From: Eledone cirrhosa
Taxonomy: Eukaryota
Assembly (NCBI GenBank): GCA_964016885.1
Contig: OZ024740.1
Span: 307,768,001 to 307,832,000, forward strand
Direction: 5' to 3'
Length of the DNA: 64,000 nucleotides
Shown here one piece after another: positions 48,398-62,013 of the stretch (position 1 is its first letter; every line of letters starts with the position of its first letter). The translations under genes and the position numbers were made by a program. The notes beneath the pieces are model-generated. The model was not told where the DNA came from and made no database searches. It saw nothing but the letters and a program-made list of their open reading frames with translations.

Positions 48398-48776
48398 GGA
48401 GGCACATGGCTTAGTAGTTAGAGCATTGGGCTTGCAATCGAAAGGTTGTGAGTTCAATTCTCAGACTAGGTGATGTGTTGTTTCCTTGAGCAAGACACTT
48501 TATTTCACATTGCTCCAGTTTACTCAGCTGTAGAAATGAGATGATAGGGACTGGGGTCCCTATCATTCCACTGCAAAGTGGTCGTGGAGGTGCCACGGCA
48601 AAAAAGTACCCAGCCCACACTGTAAAGTGGATGTGTAGGCGCCACGGAAAAAAAAGCACCCAGCACTCACTGTAAATGAGGTTGGTCTTAGGAAGGGCAT
48701 CCAGCTGTCGAAATCAAGCCAGAATCAGTTCCCGTCCCACCCTTGCAAGTGGACGTAAAATGATGATGATGATGAT
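48398..48776 (+). mobile_element. tRNA-derived CORE-like SINE (48398-48567) fused to an RTE-PHD 3' tail
   Basis: A box tggcttagtagtt, B box gagttcaattc, CORE-like tccttgagcaagacacttt; continues into ccactgcaaagtgg..aggaagggcatccagctg..gatgatgat. Confidence 0.85.
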
Positions 48777-48777
48777 A

Positions 48778-49966
48778 CGTTTGTCTCCAAAGTAAGAGTA
48801 CTTATTTTCCTATGTACGACATGGTAACACAGCACCTTGTTGATGTATATAGGCATACTGGTTATGACCTTGGCTACATGTACATACTTGTTTCAACATA
48901 ATGATTGAGTCAGACTTGAGTTATTGCTGTTTATCTACAAACGTGTTTATAACCTCTGTTATGTTTACAATATCGAACAATGGTATGTGATCAAATTTTG
49001 TGTGACGCTCAAATCTGCCACCAAAACTTTAATTCTTTAAGACAAGCTTACAGAGATGTTTTTCAAGTGGTACAAAGCTTTCAAAAAAGACCCAGAAAAT
49101 GTTGAAGATGAACCTCTTTCTGGAAGGCCAATCTTGCCAACAATTGAACAAAATATCGTAGTGATGTGAGCAATGATAGCAAAAGATCACAGATTAAGTA
49201 TTAGGATGATTGCAGAAGAGACAGGCTTGGATAAAAATGCAGTTCACAGAATTTTAACAGACCATTTGCACATGCAAAAAATTTATGCAAAATTAGTGCC
49301 CAAACACTTTTCTGTGGAGCAAAAAGCGAACTGATTGGAAATTTGTCAGGATTTGCTAGAAAGACTGGAATTTGAGCCAAATTTCTTGGATAAAGTAATA
49401 ACAGATGATGAATAATGGGTTTTCAAGTATGATCAAGAAACAAAATGGCAAAGAGAGAAGTGATCCACATAAAATTCTACTCATCTGAAAAAAGCAGGTA
49501 TGAGGAGATCCAGGGTGAAAACGATGATTATCATTTTTTTCGACATCTGTGGTTTTGTTGACAAAGAATGTTTTCCTCCCGGACATACAGTTAATCATAC
49601 ATTCTACAAAGACGTCTTGGAACAACTTCGAAAATGGGTCCATGAGAGGAAAACATTCCTACTCTTCTACATCCTCCTTACAGCCCAGAGCTAGCTGCAT
49701 GTGATTTCTATCTCTTCCCTGAGTTGAAATCGGTTGAGGGGTCAGCATTTTGGGATTATGGAAAGCATACAAAAAATTGTAACTGACGAGCTAAGGACAC
49801 TTGCAGAAAATGACATCTAGTATTGCTACAATCAACGGGAAAAACATTGGCACTCCTATGTGACTTCTCAAGGGTTATATTTTGAAGGAGATAACTTGTA
49901 ATTTCATGTCTGTCAAATATACATTTAAATAAAACATCAGTACCCTTACTTTTGGGCCAAACCTCG
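48778..49966 (+). mobile_element. Decayed mariner transposon with both TIRs
   Basis: cgtttgtctccaaagtaagagtact / agtacccttacttttgggccaaacctcg; FKWYKAF, VEDEPLSGRP, VITDDE*WVFKYD, KTMIIIFFD, YSPELAACDFYLFP, QGLYFEGD. Confidence 0.92.
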
Positions 49967-50864
49967 TGCCTGTCTCTCTCTCTCTCTCTACTCGAATATA
50001 AGCCAAGGAATATGTGACCAAAAATTCAATGGTAAAATGAGGGACAATATTTTGAGAATTTTCACCAACTTCAAATTCTACATAAGATGCTAAAATATCT
50101 AGAGTGATTATTTTACAATGAAACACTGGTTTTCTATAATCTCATTACTGTTAATTATGCATTTCCTTGAAAATACTTACAACAAACTTTTGCAATTGAA
50201 CTTTTTAAAACATACACACACATACATGCACATGCGCACACACACATGCACACATACATACATGGATGACGATTGTTTTTCTTTCAATCTTACTACTGAC
50301 TTGTGTTTTATTGCTCTCACTCCCTTCTCCTGCACTTTCTCTCTCTTCTTCTCGCCTTGCTTCCCCTCTTCTTTTTTCTACTCTATGAATCCCTATACAA
50401 AGTTCTCTCATTCGATGTCTTGCTTTCAAAATACTCCTAGAATGTGAGTGGCTGGAAGTAAACAAAAATTTAAGAAACTTGTTGAAACTATAAAACAGAT
50501 GAAATGGTCAAAAAGCATTATGTAATGGAGTTGTGAAACAAACTATATTCTAAACGATACTTAAAATATTTTAAACATCAAAATTATTAAACTTCGTAAA
50601 TATATTTTATACTCATGGCAATTTCAAAACCCTGCCATCTAAACATAATGTGTTGATTAGCTACCTTCACTTATGTGCATATATGAAAAGGGTTAGGATT
50701 ATTTGGGTGAAAGATGTTACAATGCAAATTAGAAATACAAGAATGAAAAACAAAACAATAGAGTTTACACTTTTTCCTTATATTTCACATGACATTTTGG
50801 AGATAGGACCCATAGTTGACATTAAGTACACTGTATAGAATTCCTACCTATTCTTTTTCTTAGA

Positions 50865-52870
50865 CTAAGTATGGTAATTACCCCTAAGGGGTCTGTCTTC
50901 TTTCCTATTTACTAAAACTTTAGTTTTTGCTAAATCTATTTTGAAGCCTTTTGATTTCAGATTTTGTTTCCATATCTGGAATTTAATTTCTAATTCTACA
51001 ACAGACTCAGCCATAACAACTAGGTCATCAGCATATAAGAGTTCTGAAGGATAGCTGGTCTTAAATTCATTTGTTATAGCTTTGCAGATTACGATACAGG
51101 AGGAACTTAAGAACTGAGCTACGGTGGACCTCCATCTGCATGCTAAGTTTGTTAATGTATTCATTGTTGACTGCACTTCTATACATAGCTTGTATCACCC
51201 TCACAAACAATTAATTTAAGTTTCCTGAGAGATCATCAGATTATTGAGTGAGGTACTCTGTTAAAAGCCTTCTCCAGTTGTCTCACTAATAAGAGTATAT
51301 TGGTGATACCCCTTTCTTATACAAAGCAACTACGCAATTTTTATCCCTAGTCATTTCTACTATAATTTTTTCAGTAACATTCATGGCCTGTTCTATCAAC
51401 TCAATGCCTCTGCAGTTTCCACTCTCTAGTGCATCTCATTTGCCCTTGTAGCAGTTGATGCTGCTCTGCTGTGTCAGTCTTTGGAGCAAGACACCATCCT
51501 GCATTATATCATTTAATGTGTGTATGTGTATATATATATGTGACTGTGTGCATGTGTATATATATGTGTGTGGTGTGTGTGCAATTGAGAATGTTTAATA
51601 TTACATGTGTATCACTTCACACAAACATACATATTTACATATTATCTCAGTTTTATAAAATGAAATAACTTTTGATATATGATAAATTGTTTAAACAGCA
51701 ATTGCATAGTAAGAAAACACTAAAAAATGAGAGGGAGAGAAAAGTGATAAAAATGGAAAGAGAAACACATAGCAATAGAAAGAGTGTGCGTTTGTGACAA
51801 AATCACAACAGCACCATATGAAGAACAGAAAGTGGTTTTGTAAAGTTGTAAGAGTGAGAAAGAAGAGAAGATATAAAAGAGAAATCAATAGAGAACAAAT
51901 AACAAATGAAAGAGAATGAAGAATAGGAAATGGAGTAAAACACTCAGAATATGAAGTGAGGGGGGGACGAGAAATAGATATTCACATACACACGTTTAGA
52001 AATATATACTAAGTATAATCATTGCTAGCAGCGAAAATGAACATTAAATGATGATGATATACATGATGTTGCTGAATGAAGAGAACACATGGGAGAGTGA
52101 AGATTTCTGAATGAGGAGAAAGTATGGGAGAGTGGGGATTTACCCCAAGCAAACCTAACTGAGGGACCAGCAATGAAAATTGACAGCAGTAAATTAGATA
52201 GGAATATTAAGGAAATGAAGGTAGTGACGGCAGCTGGTCCTTCAGGGATTGTAACTGAGATGGTTAAAATATCTGGTGGAGTGGGACACAGGTTAGTTAC
52301 TCATTTAGTAAATTACGTAATGCAGGAAGATATAGTACTCAATGACTGGTGTAGCAGCATCATTGACAAGGGTAAAGGAGACACACTAGAGAATAGCAAT
52401 TGAAGAGGCATCAAATTATTTTGATTATCAAATCAGATTACGAAGGTTATAGAAAGAGAGCAAAACTGATTAGGGACAGATTAACCTTGACAATATGTAC
52501 TTTGAGTTCATATTGGGCAGAAATACTATTGACGTCATCGTCTTGGTGAGATAACTACAAGAGATTTAGCTAAGAATAAACCCCTATAATTAATGGTTTC
52601 TTATATAGGCACAAGGCCAACAATTTTGGGGAGAGGAAAGTCGATTTAATCGACCCCAGTGTGTGACTGGTACTTCTTTTTATCGACCCCGTAAGGATGA
52701 AAGGCAAAGTTAACCTCAGCTGGATTTGAACTCAGATCATAAAAGGCCATAACTCTATGCTGTAAAGCATGGCGTCCGACCCTCTACTGATACTGCCAAT
52801 CACTATAATTAATATTTGTTAACCTGGAAAAGGTCTTTGACAGAATCCTATACTCTGTAATCTAGTGAGC
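50865..52870. mobile_element. Two RTE-PHD RT fragments in opposite orientation (50865-51510 minus, about 52020-52870 plus)
   Basis: ELLYADDLVVMAES; AAGPSGIVTEMVKISG..NDWCSSII. Confidence 0.8.
52595..52802 (-). mobile_element. tRNA-SINE (long subfamily) with TSD
   Basis: Matches 44377-44592; TSD ctataattaat at 52584-52594 and 52803-52813. Confidence 0.9.
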
Positions 52871-52875
52871 ACATA

Positions 52876-53050
52876 GACAGGATGCCAGTCCATCGCAGGG
52901 TTAAACCCCCAGATATTGCTGGTACTCATTTTCAGCTGAGTATACTGAAATGAAGTGTTTTGCTCAAGAACACAATGCGCAACCCAAGAATCGAACCCAC
53001 AACATTATGATCGTAAGTCCAACACCCTTACCACTAGGCCACGTGCCTCC
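52876..53050 (-). mobile_element. tRNA-derived CORE-like SINE (second subfamily)
   Basis: Minus strand ggaggcacgtggcctagtggta (A box), ggttcgattc (B box), gtgttcttgagcaaaacactt, ctgcgatggactggcatcctgtc. Confidence 0.8.
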
Positions 53051-53592
53051 ACCATATTGACTATACTACTTTATTAAATATGAAAATTTACTTTACATAA
53101 GACATAGGTTTTTAAGTTTTTTTTAACACAATACCGTAACTGGTTAAACTTATATAAAATAAGATAAAATGAATTTTTATTGATTTACTTATATTTTTAT
53201 TATACCTTGCTTTGTCAAATACCTAAAACATGGAAAATTAGCTGATATTGAAATTAAAAAAATATCACCTTCAACATATTACAGCAATATAATACTAAAC
53301 ACTCATATACCTGGATTTTATAGTGATTTCATTGTAAAAATGAACAGTTCATATTTCTCAGTGAATTTCTTTGGCTTAACAAAGTTAAAAATAATATTTC
53401 TTATTTCCAGGTCATTACTTCTGTTGAGAAACAAACTACCAATTACATTTGAAAGCAACCCTGTCTTTCTCTTAAGTCAATGAAAATTTAGCTAATTGTG
53501 GGGGAGGAGGAGGAGGAGAGAGAGTCACTTCGTCACTTCACCTTTGCCTTTCTTTCTCTCCCCTCTCACTCCCTCATTACGTACAGACATTA

Positions 53593-53785
53593 GGGCGGTG
53601 GATTGGCAGAATCTGTAGAGAGTCGGACACCATGCTTCATAGCATGGAGTTACGTCCCTTTACGGTCTGAGTTCAAATACCGCTGAGGTTAACTTTGCCT
53701 TTCATCCTCACGGGGTCGATAAAATAAAGTACCAGTAATGTACTGGGTAATTGCTGGCCTTGTGCCAAAAGTAGAAACAATTATT
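53593..53785 (+). mobile_element. Full-length tRNA-SINE
   Basis: tggcagaatctgta A box, gagttcaaatacc B box, family body and tail. Confidence 0.9.
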
Positions 53786-53969
53786 AGAAACATTGCTTCA
53801 TTTTTACATATCTAAGCATTAGTAAAATAACTAATAATTTCAAAAGTAATTTTTCAATTCCAATTGTTATGAACAGCAAAACATTAATAATAATTTTGTT
53901 CTAAGAAATATATATACATTTCTGTGTGTGTAATATATATATATATATATATACATTTCTGTGTGTGTA

Positions 53970-54000
<31 letters not shown>

Positions 54001-54004
54001 GAGA

Positions 54005-54551
54005 AATATATGGGCATTTCTCTGTTTGTCTGTCTGTCTGTCTGTCCTTCCCTAAAACTCAAATGTAGGTGCTACAGAAATATTACCTTCCCCTTCCTTT
54101 CTCCACTTTGGTACTACCAAGAGAAACACTGTCGCTATAGAAACATTACCTTCCCCTCTCCATTTACTTTGGTCACTGAGGCCGAGGGAATTGCTGGTTG
54201 CTATAGAGACACCTTGCACAAGCCAGAAGTAACCAGTTCGAGGCGGTTCTGACTTGACACCATGCCAAGGACCATATGAAGATATATTTCCATCGTTATA
54301 TCATAACGTTTATGTATCATAACGTTTATATTTCCGTCACTAATCTCTTTTTCTCCTTTTTCGTTTTAACATATATTTATTTCAAAGATTTCACCGTATA
54401 GATAACATATATATTTATACATGCATAAAAGACACACTGAGAGACGGTGAACATGTGGTGCCAAAAACATTTCTCATCCAAATCTCAACAATATCAGTAT
54501 ATACACTAGATTTGCTAGCAGAAAACCGCCCACCGGGTGGTTTACTGCTCG
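54005..54551 (+). mobile_element. Non-autonomous Helitron-like element
   Basis: (GTCT)n near the start; 3' hairpin aaaccgccc-acc-gggtggttt then ctcg (CTAG-like). Confidence 0.55.
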
Positions 54552-55733
54552 TCTCTATATATATAAAACAGAGGATGTCTGTCTGTCTGTGTAAATCTCT
54601 AAAACTCGAGAAGTACTCGACCGATTTTTTTTCAAACTTTAGACACGCGTTACTTATATTTCTTGAAGTGCAATGGCCTTAACTTTTAATTTTAACTTTT
54701 TCTGCATTAGGCGAAAAACCGCATTTTAAAGGCATTTTTTGAGGCGTAACTTAAAGATAATCCAGCGATTTCCTCGACATTTGCAGCACACATTAGTTAG
54801 TCCCCTCGCATTGCTGTGGACAAAAAATTTCCGATTCCATTAATGGTTTCTAGGAAATTTACGAATTAGCATTGGGCATTGCGTGCCATTTTCAATATAA
54901 ACGCTATTTAAACATAGGTAGCGTATAATATTTCGTTAAAAATTTGGTTTATTTAACAGAGGACACAACACTTACTTACTTTTAAGCAGGACCATTTTCA
55001 GGGGATTGAGGAAATGAGGACCTTAAAATTTTTGTCAGCGCCCTGTTGATGCTTCGTGCTTTCATCACGCACAAATCTGGGCCCTGTGTACATTGCTGTG
55101 TTATTGACACCGTAAATCTCACGTCTGTGCTACTTCTACTAAGACTCCTTTTGTTGCACCTACACCGCAGTATGAACGCCCTGTGCAAGTACGCTGAACA
55201 GCGGTTGTGCTAATTCCGCAGTGACCCCTTTTGTCACACCTTTGTTGCTGTGTAAACGCAGTTCAACCAGTGCCGCCCAGCGTTTGTGCTAATTGCACTA
55301 TGACCCTCTTCTGCTGCAGCTGCGTTGCCACGCTGATTTCGTCATCTCAATATCCCTACTTAAACGTACATCCCTACTTGGTTTTCACATAATTGACTTC
55401 GTCACTTCTTCAGATGATGTCTGTCCAGATGACTGGGTGCAAATCTATAAAACTCGAAAAGTACCTAACTGATTTTCTCCAAATGGAAGAAAAATCATAC
55501 TCTAAGATTTAGTACGCTTAAAGAGTATGCAGCTGATTTTCTTCAGATTTTGCATCTGCATGCAGATGTTTCACGATTTGGGCCTGCTGGTGTTCTACGT
55601 TTCCAGTAGATGAACAACCATTCCCTGAGAATAAGGGAATTCAAAAAGTACACAGCTACATTCCTCAATCTTTGCATATGCGCGTTGCTATTTCACGTTT
55701 CCTACCCCGTGCAACACCGGGTCCTGCTGCTAG
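54552..55733 (+). mobile_element. Non-autonomous Helitron
   Basis: 5' TCtctatatatataaaa + (GTCT)n; 3' hairpin cccgtgcaacaccggg then CTAG|T; no TSD. Confidence 0.8.
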
Positions 55734-56049
55734 TCTATATATAAAATACGCCTGTCTGGCTAATGCTGCTGCTGATGTCCACCACAGAAATTTACATCTT
55801 ACATGCTAATAAATTCAAGTGAGAAATCAAATTGCATTGGTGTAAGTTCAAAATACCATGATGAATAAAATGCAATGTTCACTTTTTATAGGCAATACAC
55901 TACCCAGTCACCAAATATAGAATATAAGTGAGCTGAGAGAAAAGCTGAATGTAAGAAGAACTGAATTTAATATGCAAGAGAGACAGTTGTGCTGGTATAA
56001 TCATGTGATGTATAAGGAGAGCAAGGGTTGGAAAAATAAATAATGGATC

Positions 56050-56390
56050 GAATCTGCGACTTCATTTGATTTGCTGGCTGACTGACATTGCAGAACTGAT
56101 GCCTTCTTTCCGCTGCTTTAATACATGTTTCTCAAGAATTTTGCACCTTTGCTGATGGGGATACAAGTTGTTTCCAGGATTCTATGTCAATGCTCATAGC
56201 TTTCAATGTTACTTTCTGGCTAACCATGTAGAGTTTTTTTCTGGTTGCTGATTATTCTTTACTGTAGCAAACTCACCACAGGAAAGTTGCTTTGGTATGC
56301 ACAAAGTGTTCATGCAGACAACATGACTACAAGGTCAATTTGCCTGTGAAAGTGGGGTCAGCTTTCTGGGCTTTATTTTGCCATCTTATC
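56050..56390 (-). mobile_element. RTE (BovB-like) C-terminal relic
   Basis: IPKQLSCGEF..QKK..KVTLKAMSIDIESWKQL. Confidence 0.55.
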
Positions 56391-57880
56391 TACATCCCCA
56401 TTCATCACTTTCATTTCCTCCTCCATCATATGTAGTCATGTCTTTCTTCATCTTTGCCTTCCTCTGCTAACTTTCGCAATCATTTCCGTCACTCCAGTCA
56501 CTTTCATCCTTCCTCATCAAAATATGACTAAACAAACGCTTTCCATTTCTCTTCACAACATTCATCACTGGCTCTATTCCCACCAGTCTCTGCAATTCAT
56601 TGTTTGTCTTCTCTCTGAGAAATATTTCCCTCACCCCTCAAACCATTCTTATTTCCATTCTTTCTCACCTTTTCTGTTGCTCCATGTTCATTATCTGTCT
56701 TGTCCCTATAAATCACGACACTTCTCACACATGCAACGTATACCTTTTGTTTCAGTTCCAGTGACACTTCCCACCTTATTAGATCACTCAGTTTCCAGAA
56801 CTTCTTCCATGTGCATTTCACCCGAGCTAATATTATTAAGTTTGATCCACCATCTCCATTCAACATGTCTCCTAGTTAAGAAAACATTTCCACACCTTCC
56901 ATCTTCACACCACTACCAAGATTCAGCTCAATATCTTCACCATCAGTAGCTCCTCCCACACACCTTACACGTAAATGTAGCTGTCATACTGTATAATAAT
57001 ACCTTCACACTACTAATTTTTTTATGAACTCACCCAGTGCATATCGTACATCTAATGGAATTCATTCCAGCACCCTTGCTATACACTGCTCATGGTCACC
57101 TTTCAGTTCTTTCCACCTCACCATATGCTTTACTACTTGCCATCATCTTCATCTTTTTGATATTCATCTTCATAATTTTTGCCTTCAATATATTCTTTCT
57201 ACCTATTCATCTTTTCCCTCAGTCCATCCATACTTTCTGGTATTAACATAAGATCATTTCATACAGCAACTCCCATTGTAAACCTTCTTTTGCACTTCAG
57301 GTCATTACCTCCATCACAACTACAAACAGTAGCAGTATCATTGTCAATTACTTAAAGGGCAGTGATGATGCCCAAGAGCAAAGCAATTACAGAAGAATCA
57401 ACCTGCTGAACCAAGTTCTAAAAGTTTGAGAAAAGGTTATTGCAAAATTGTTTAGAGTAGAATTAAAGTAGATGATGTAGTTTGTTGACCTGAAAAACTA
57501 TAGTAAATAGTATCCACTCCACACTGTAGGGTGGTCGTGTAGGTGTTGTGACAAAAAGCACCCAGCCCACACTGTAAAGTGGTCATGTAGGTGTGATGAC
57601 AAAAAGCACCCAGCCCACACTGTAAAGTGGTTGTGTAGGAGTCATGACAAAAAGCACCCAGCCCACACTGTAAAGTGGTCGTGTAGGAGCCATGACAAAA
57701 AGCACCCAGCACATCATGTAAATGTGGTTGGCATTAGGAAGGGCACCCAGCTGTAGAAATCTAACCAGAAATAGTTCTATATGAGCAAGACATGGTCACC
57801 TGACCCAACTTGCCTAAAATGGGACAACCCGTATAACCTATGCTAGTGTGGAAAGTGGACGTTAAACGATGATAATGATA
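56391..57880. mobile_element. RTE-PHD fragments (56391-57300 minus; 57330-57880 plus with 3' UTR and tail)
   Basis: ARVKCTWKKF..KVYVACVRS; NYRRINLLNQV; gtggacgttaaacgatgat tail. Confidence 0.75.
57519..57710. repeat. 48-bp minisatellite x4 within an RTE 3' UTR
   Basis: ccacactgtaaagtggtcgtgtaggNgtNatgacaaaaagcacccagc repeated at about 57519, 57567, 57615 and 57663. Confidence 0.95.
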
Positions 57881-60099
57881 TACACATATACATTCATATA
57901 TATATATACACAGAGAGTGATAGAGAGATTGGTGAGTCATGGGCCATAACTAAAAACTTTCATTTAGCTTGAGATGGGAAAGTCAGCTAAACATATCAGC
58001 TGACTCTTCAGAGTATGAGATATAAAATGAAATAACAATACCAAAACTTGTTTGTTGCATTTAACTAGCACAAAGATGGGTGATAGCATAATTGATGTTT
58101 TCTGATATCATTTGATTCCAATAATTTTGGCTTCACATCTGATATCATAAACCTATAGGTAATAGGTGGCATCATAAAGTGAACTAAATTTAGTTTACTC
58201 TCACCATTGAGCATAGAAAGCAAAGAAAAACAACTAAAAATGACACAGATAAAATTCATATGCAACATATACATTATGTTTAAATACACATTGTACACAA
58301 GAGACCAGTAAAGATAAGTTTGATAATATTAGAGAAATCATTATGAATATGTAGATTAATAAATATCTAATAAATATAAGAATAACAGCAATTATATTGA
58401 TAATATATTAGTAACAACTTCCCTTAATTTATAAGGATGAAATAAGAGATATATTGCAATGTTAACTTTCTCAGGGACAATAGCTATGTAAATGAGTTAA
58501 ATGGGTTTTTCCTCTGAGTTTATATATCACTACATGTATATGAAGTGGTGTCAATAATGTGAATTCAACCATGTTTAAATGGAATAAGTGTTTTACATTT
58601 CAATGTCACCAGCCTGTGTGTATGTTGTAAAAAAAACAAAAAAAAACAGTAAGCGAGAGATGTTGAGGGAGAGATAGAGGTTATGGTGAATAACTGAAAG
58701 GAGAAATTTAAAATGTAACAATTGTGAAAATTACTTTATTGCTTGGTTTTTAGCTATATGCCTTCTTAGACTCTCCTAGGTCTGATAAAATAGCTATCTA
58801 ATTCTCATGTTGGCTAAAACGATCTAAATTTGACAGTTGCATTATCAATTGGATGAAGCACATACAAAATATTTTGAAACAACTGACTAAACCCCAACCA
58901 CAGTAACAATATTTCTAATCTATGAGAGCCTGAAAAGACTATGAATACAACTCTTCAGACTAATATATAGAATAAACACAGACCAAAACCCAAAACCTCT
59001 AGCCCAATTATATTGATATATGTTTATACATAAATAGACAATAAGATTCCAAGAATTTCAAGGTACAGTATGAATAAAAAAGATATTGATTTGATTAAAG
59101 ATTGTTGGTTTAGAAACAAAAATGCCACGAGAAAAGATTGCATTTATAATATTAGTGAGTATATGAAAAAAGAAACAAACAAAAATAATAGAATGAAGTT
59201 TTCACAAAAATAGGACTAATAAAGATGATTGCCTACAATTGAAAAATCCTTTATCTTTAGGAAGACTTGCTAATTGTACATTTGCAGTCATAAATGTGTA
59301 TCATACTTAAAGTACAATGTCATTTAACTGATAATCATCACTACTGTTACATCTCTGCTATTACTGCTCTGATGAAGCATCTAAAGTCACCTCTAAATTA
59401 GTCCCTCTATCAGTGCCCCAATCACCTATATTTTGTTCAAAGTCCCCTTTGGAACACTTTTCTACTATTTATCATTAACCTTTGTTTATCATCAAACCAA
59501 CCTTTATCTATAATTGCAATACATCTAAATACATGATATGGAGCACTGGATCACTAGAAGTAGCATTTTCATTTTGTTTAACTCAAGTGACATTATCTAT
59601 GTTTGTTAAGGGGCCAGTGATAAAAGGATGGCTCCATAATGATTGAAAAAAATTAGAATTTTTATTTTTGCTCAAGCTTAGCTAATAATAAAAAAGGTTG
59701 TGCCAATAAGAATAAAATGCTTACAAGCTGAGTAATTTTGAATTGCGCTATTAGTTCTGAAACTGGGTGCCTTCTTAATATTACACACTATTCAATGTGA
59801 TATAGGAGTGATAATTACTCTTAGTTGGGATCATGAAAGAAAGAAAAGAAGTGACTTATGTCTAGGACAAGATGTAGACTCGTATATTAATTCATCAAAC
59901 CGTAAATTAATGTAAAATAGTTAATAGGTTGCTAAGTTTTGGTAGACAGATTAACAGTATGATTAATACAACAGGCCCATTCTTGATAACCTTTTCTTTA
60001 TTTGACAAAAGCTGGCGTTTCTTATTCTATACATTCATTACCAGTGCCATTATGAAGTTCTTCCTCCAGCTTACCCTGTCCAACATTGTCATCTTCAAT

Positions 60100-61760
60100 A
60101 ACATCCTTCAGTGTGATGGTTTGTCTCCCAACTTGCCTGCACACATTAGCTTTCCAGAAAAAATCTCTGCCAGTAGGTTCATTGTAATGTTTCACATGTC
60201 CAGCTAATGCAAGCCTCTTATGATGTCAGAAAGGGTGTGAACCATAGAGTGATATATTTTCTGTGTGTGGTCTCCATGATATGTTCTGAACCTTTCTAAG
60301 CATTTGCGTGAATGTACAATTAATCCTCTTTGTGAGTATTTTTGTTAGTGACCATGACTCGCAGCTGTAGAAGAGAATGGACTCAACCGTTGCTTTCTTG
60401 ATTGGAGATACCTATACCTTCGACAGTGAGTTGAGAGTCCCCCCCCCCCCCCCATGCCTTGCCTGTCCTGTCCTAGTGTCCACATCATACTCTGTGTTCA
60501 TGGAACTGCCAAGGTGTAAGTAATCCACTTCTTCAATCTTTGAACCATCTAGTGCATGCATTTGTTTATTTGATGTTGAATTGAGATGCATGAATTTTGT
60601 TTTGCCAACATTCAAGAGTAGTCTAATAGACTGCACTGCAACCTCCACTCTGTGTAACACATCTTCAGTTTCTTTTCAGGTGTTTTCCAGGAGAGCTAGA
60701 ACTTCCTTTGGTGCAAGGGTGCAATTACACAGTGCATATCACAAAAAAGAAAGGGACTAGAGAATCTCTCTGTTGGATTCCAGTATCAATAGAAAATGGG
60801 TCTGAGTTTCCTTCGAATGTCATTATAAGTACTGAAGTATTCTCATACATGACTTTAATTGCATTCACAATCTTCCCAAGAAAAATTTTGAACATCTTCT
60901 TTCGGTTGTCAAATGACAGGTGTTTGTGGAAGTGCTCTCTTCAAGTGACAAGGCAGTCTTCCCTTTGGATATATATCACATTGTTCCTCCTCTTCTTACC
61001 AGAAAGTTCTTTTATCAGTCTCTGAGCTTCTCTGTTATTACTATTCTCAAAATCAGCCAGGGGTTGGTTGATTCTTTCATCCTCCAGATGGTTGAAAGTA
61101 TAGTGCTGGATTCTCTGGTGATGCTGTACATCTGAAACTGTAGATTTAAGGGTGTCACTTCTGACTGTAGCCATTGTTGCAATTTGCACAGTGGGTGTGA
61201 CATGATGAGGGTGTCTTGGTAGGATTTCCTTACCTACTCCATTTAGATGGACACAAGTGAAGTATAATTTTTCTCTTCAGCTGGCAAGAATTCAAATTTA
61301 TTAGCAATTGAGTTGTCAATTGTTCTTGCAAGGTTGACATCTCTTAGCGTCCTCCAGTAAAGATATTTCTTACTGGATCTCCTGTTTGAGTGTAATGATG
61401 TACCTCCCCCTACGACCGCCGAGGGAGTATGTGCCTGACAATTATGAATGCTGTTTCTCCACTGTTTCCTGTAAATGATATAGTCAATTTGGGAAAAATG
61501 CCCAGCTGGGTATCTCCAAGTCTACAATTTCTGTTTAAGAGGTTATGTTGATATAAAACTCTTCTAGAAATATGCCATTTCTGTTAGTACCCTGGTGGTA
61601 TGAAAATTTGCCTCTAATTTGCACATTGAAGTCTCCTCCAATAATTAGCATAGCATGAGGGGGTACTTCAGAGACAGTGACACTCAGTTGATGGTGAAAC
61701 TGTTCTACTTCCTTTCTTGGCAGTTGTGATTTCCCTTAAATACTGCTGAGACAATCTGGT
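60100..61760 (-). mobile_element. Degenerate, internally deleted RTE LINE (related to 8927-11840)
   Basis: IIGGDFN, SQIDYI, LLLNVGKTKFM..DGSKIEEV.YL.LGS, VESILFYSCESWSLTK. Confidence 0.8.
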
Positions 61761-62013
61761 CATAGAGAACATGAGTAGTATAAAAGATACTTTGTCAAAC
61801 ACTATGAATACATCCAAACTTTAAAAAAAAGAAAGAAACCCATCTCACCCATTCTAAGTGATTCTAAGATTGATTTACATTCATTAAAACAGAATATAGA
61901 TTACTTGAATACACCAAGATAATTTAGCAGAAAATAAAAACAACAAACAAAATAATACATTTCTAGTAACAATAATCATTCATGTTACCTATTAAAAGAT
62001 AAATTGTCTAGTG

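Noticed and set aside
57452-57712. CRISPR-like array or repeat protein ORF
   Set aside because: Head-to-tail 48-bp units without unique spacers, no cas genes; part of an RTE 3' UTR
58065-58298. Short ORF with splice-like sites
   Set aside because: Implied intron of only about 50 nt and no recognisable product
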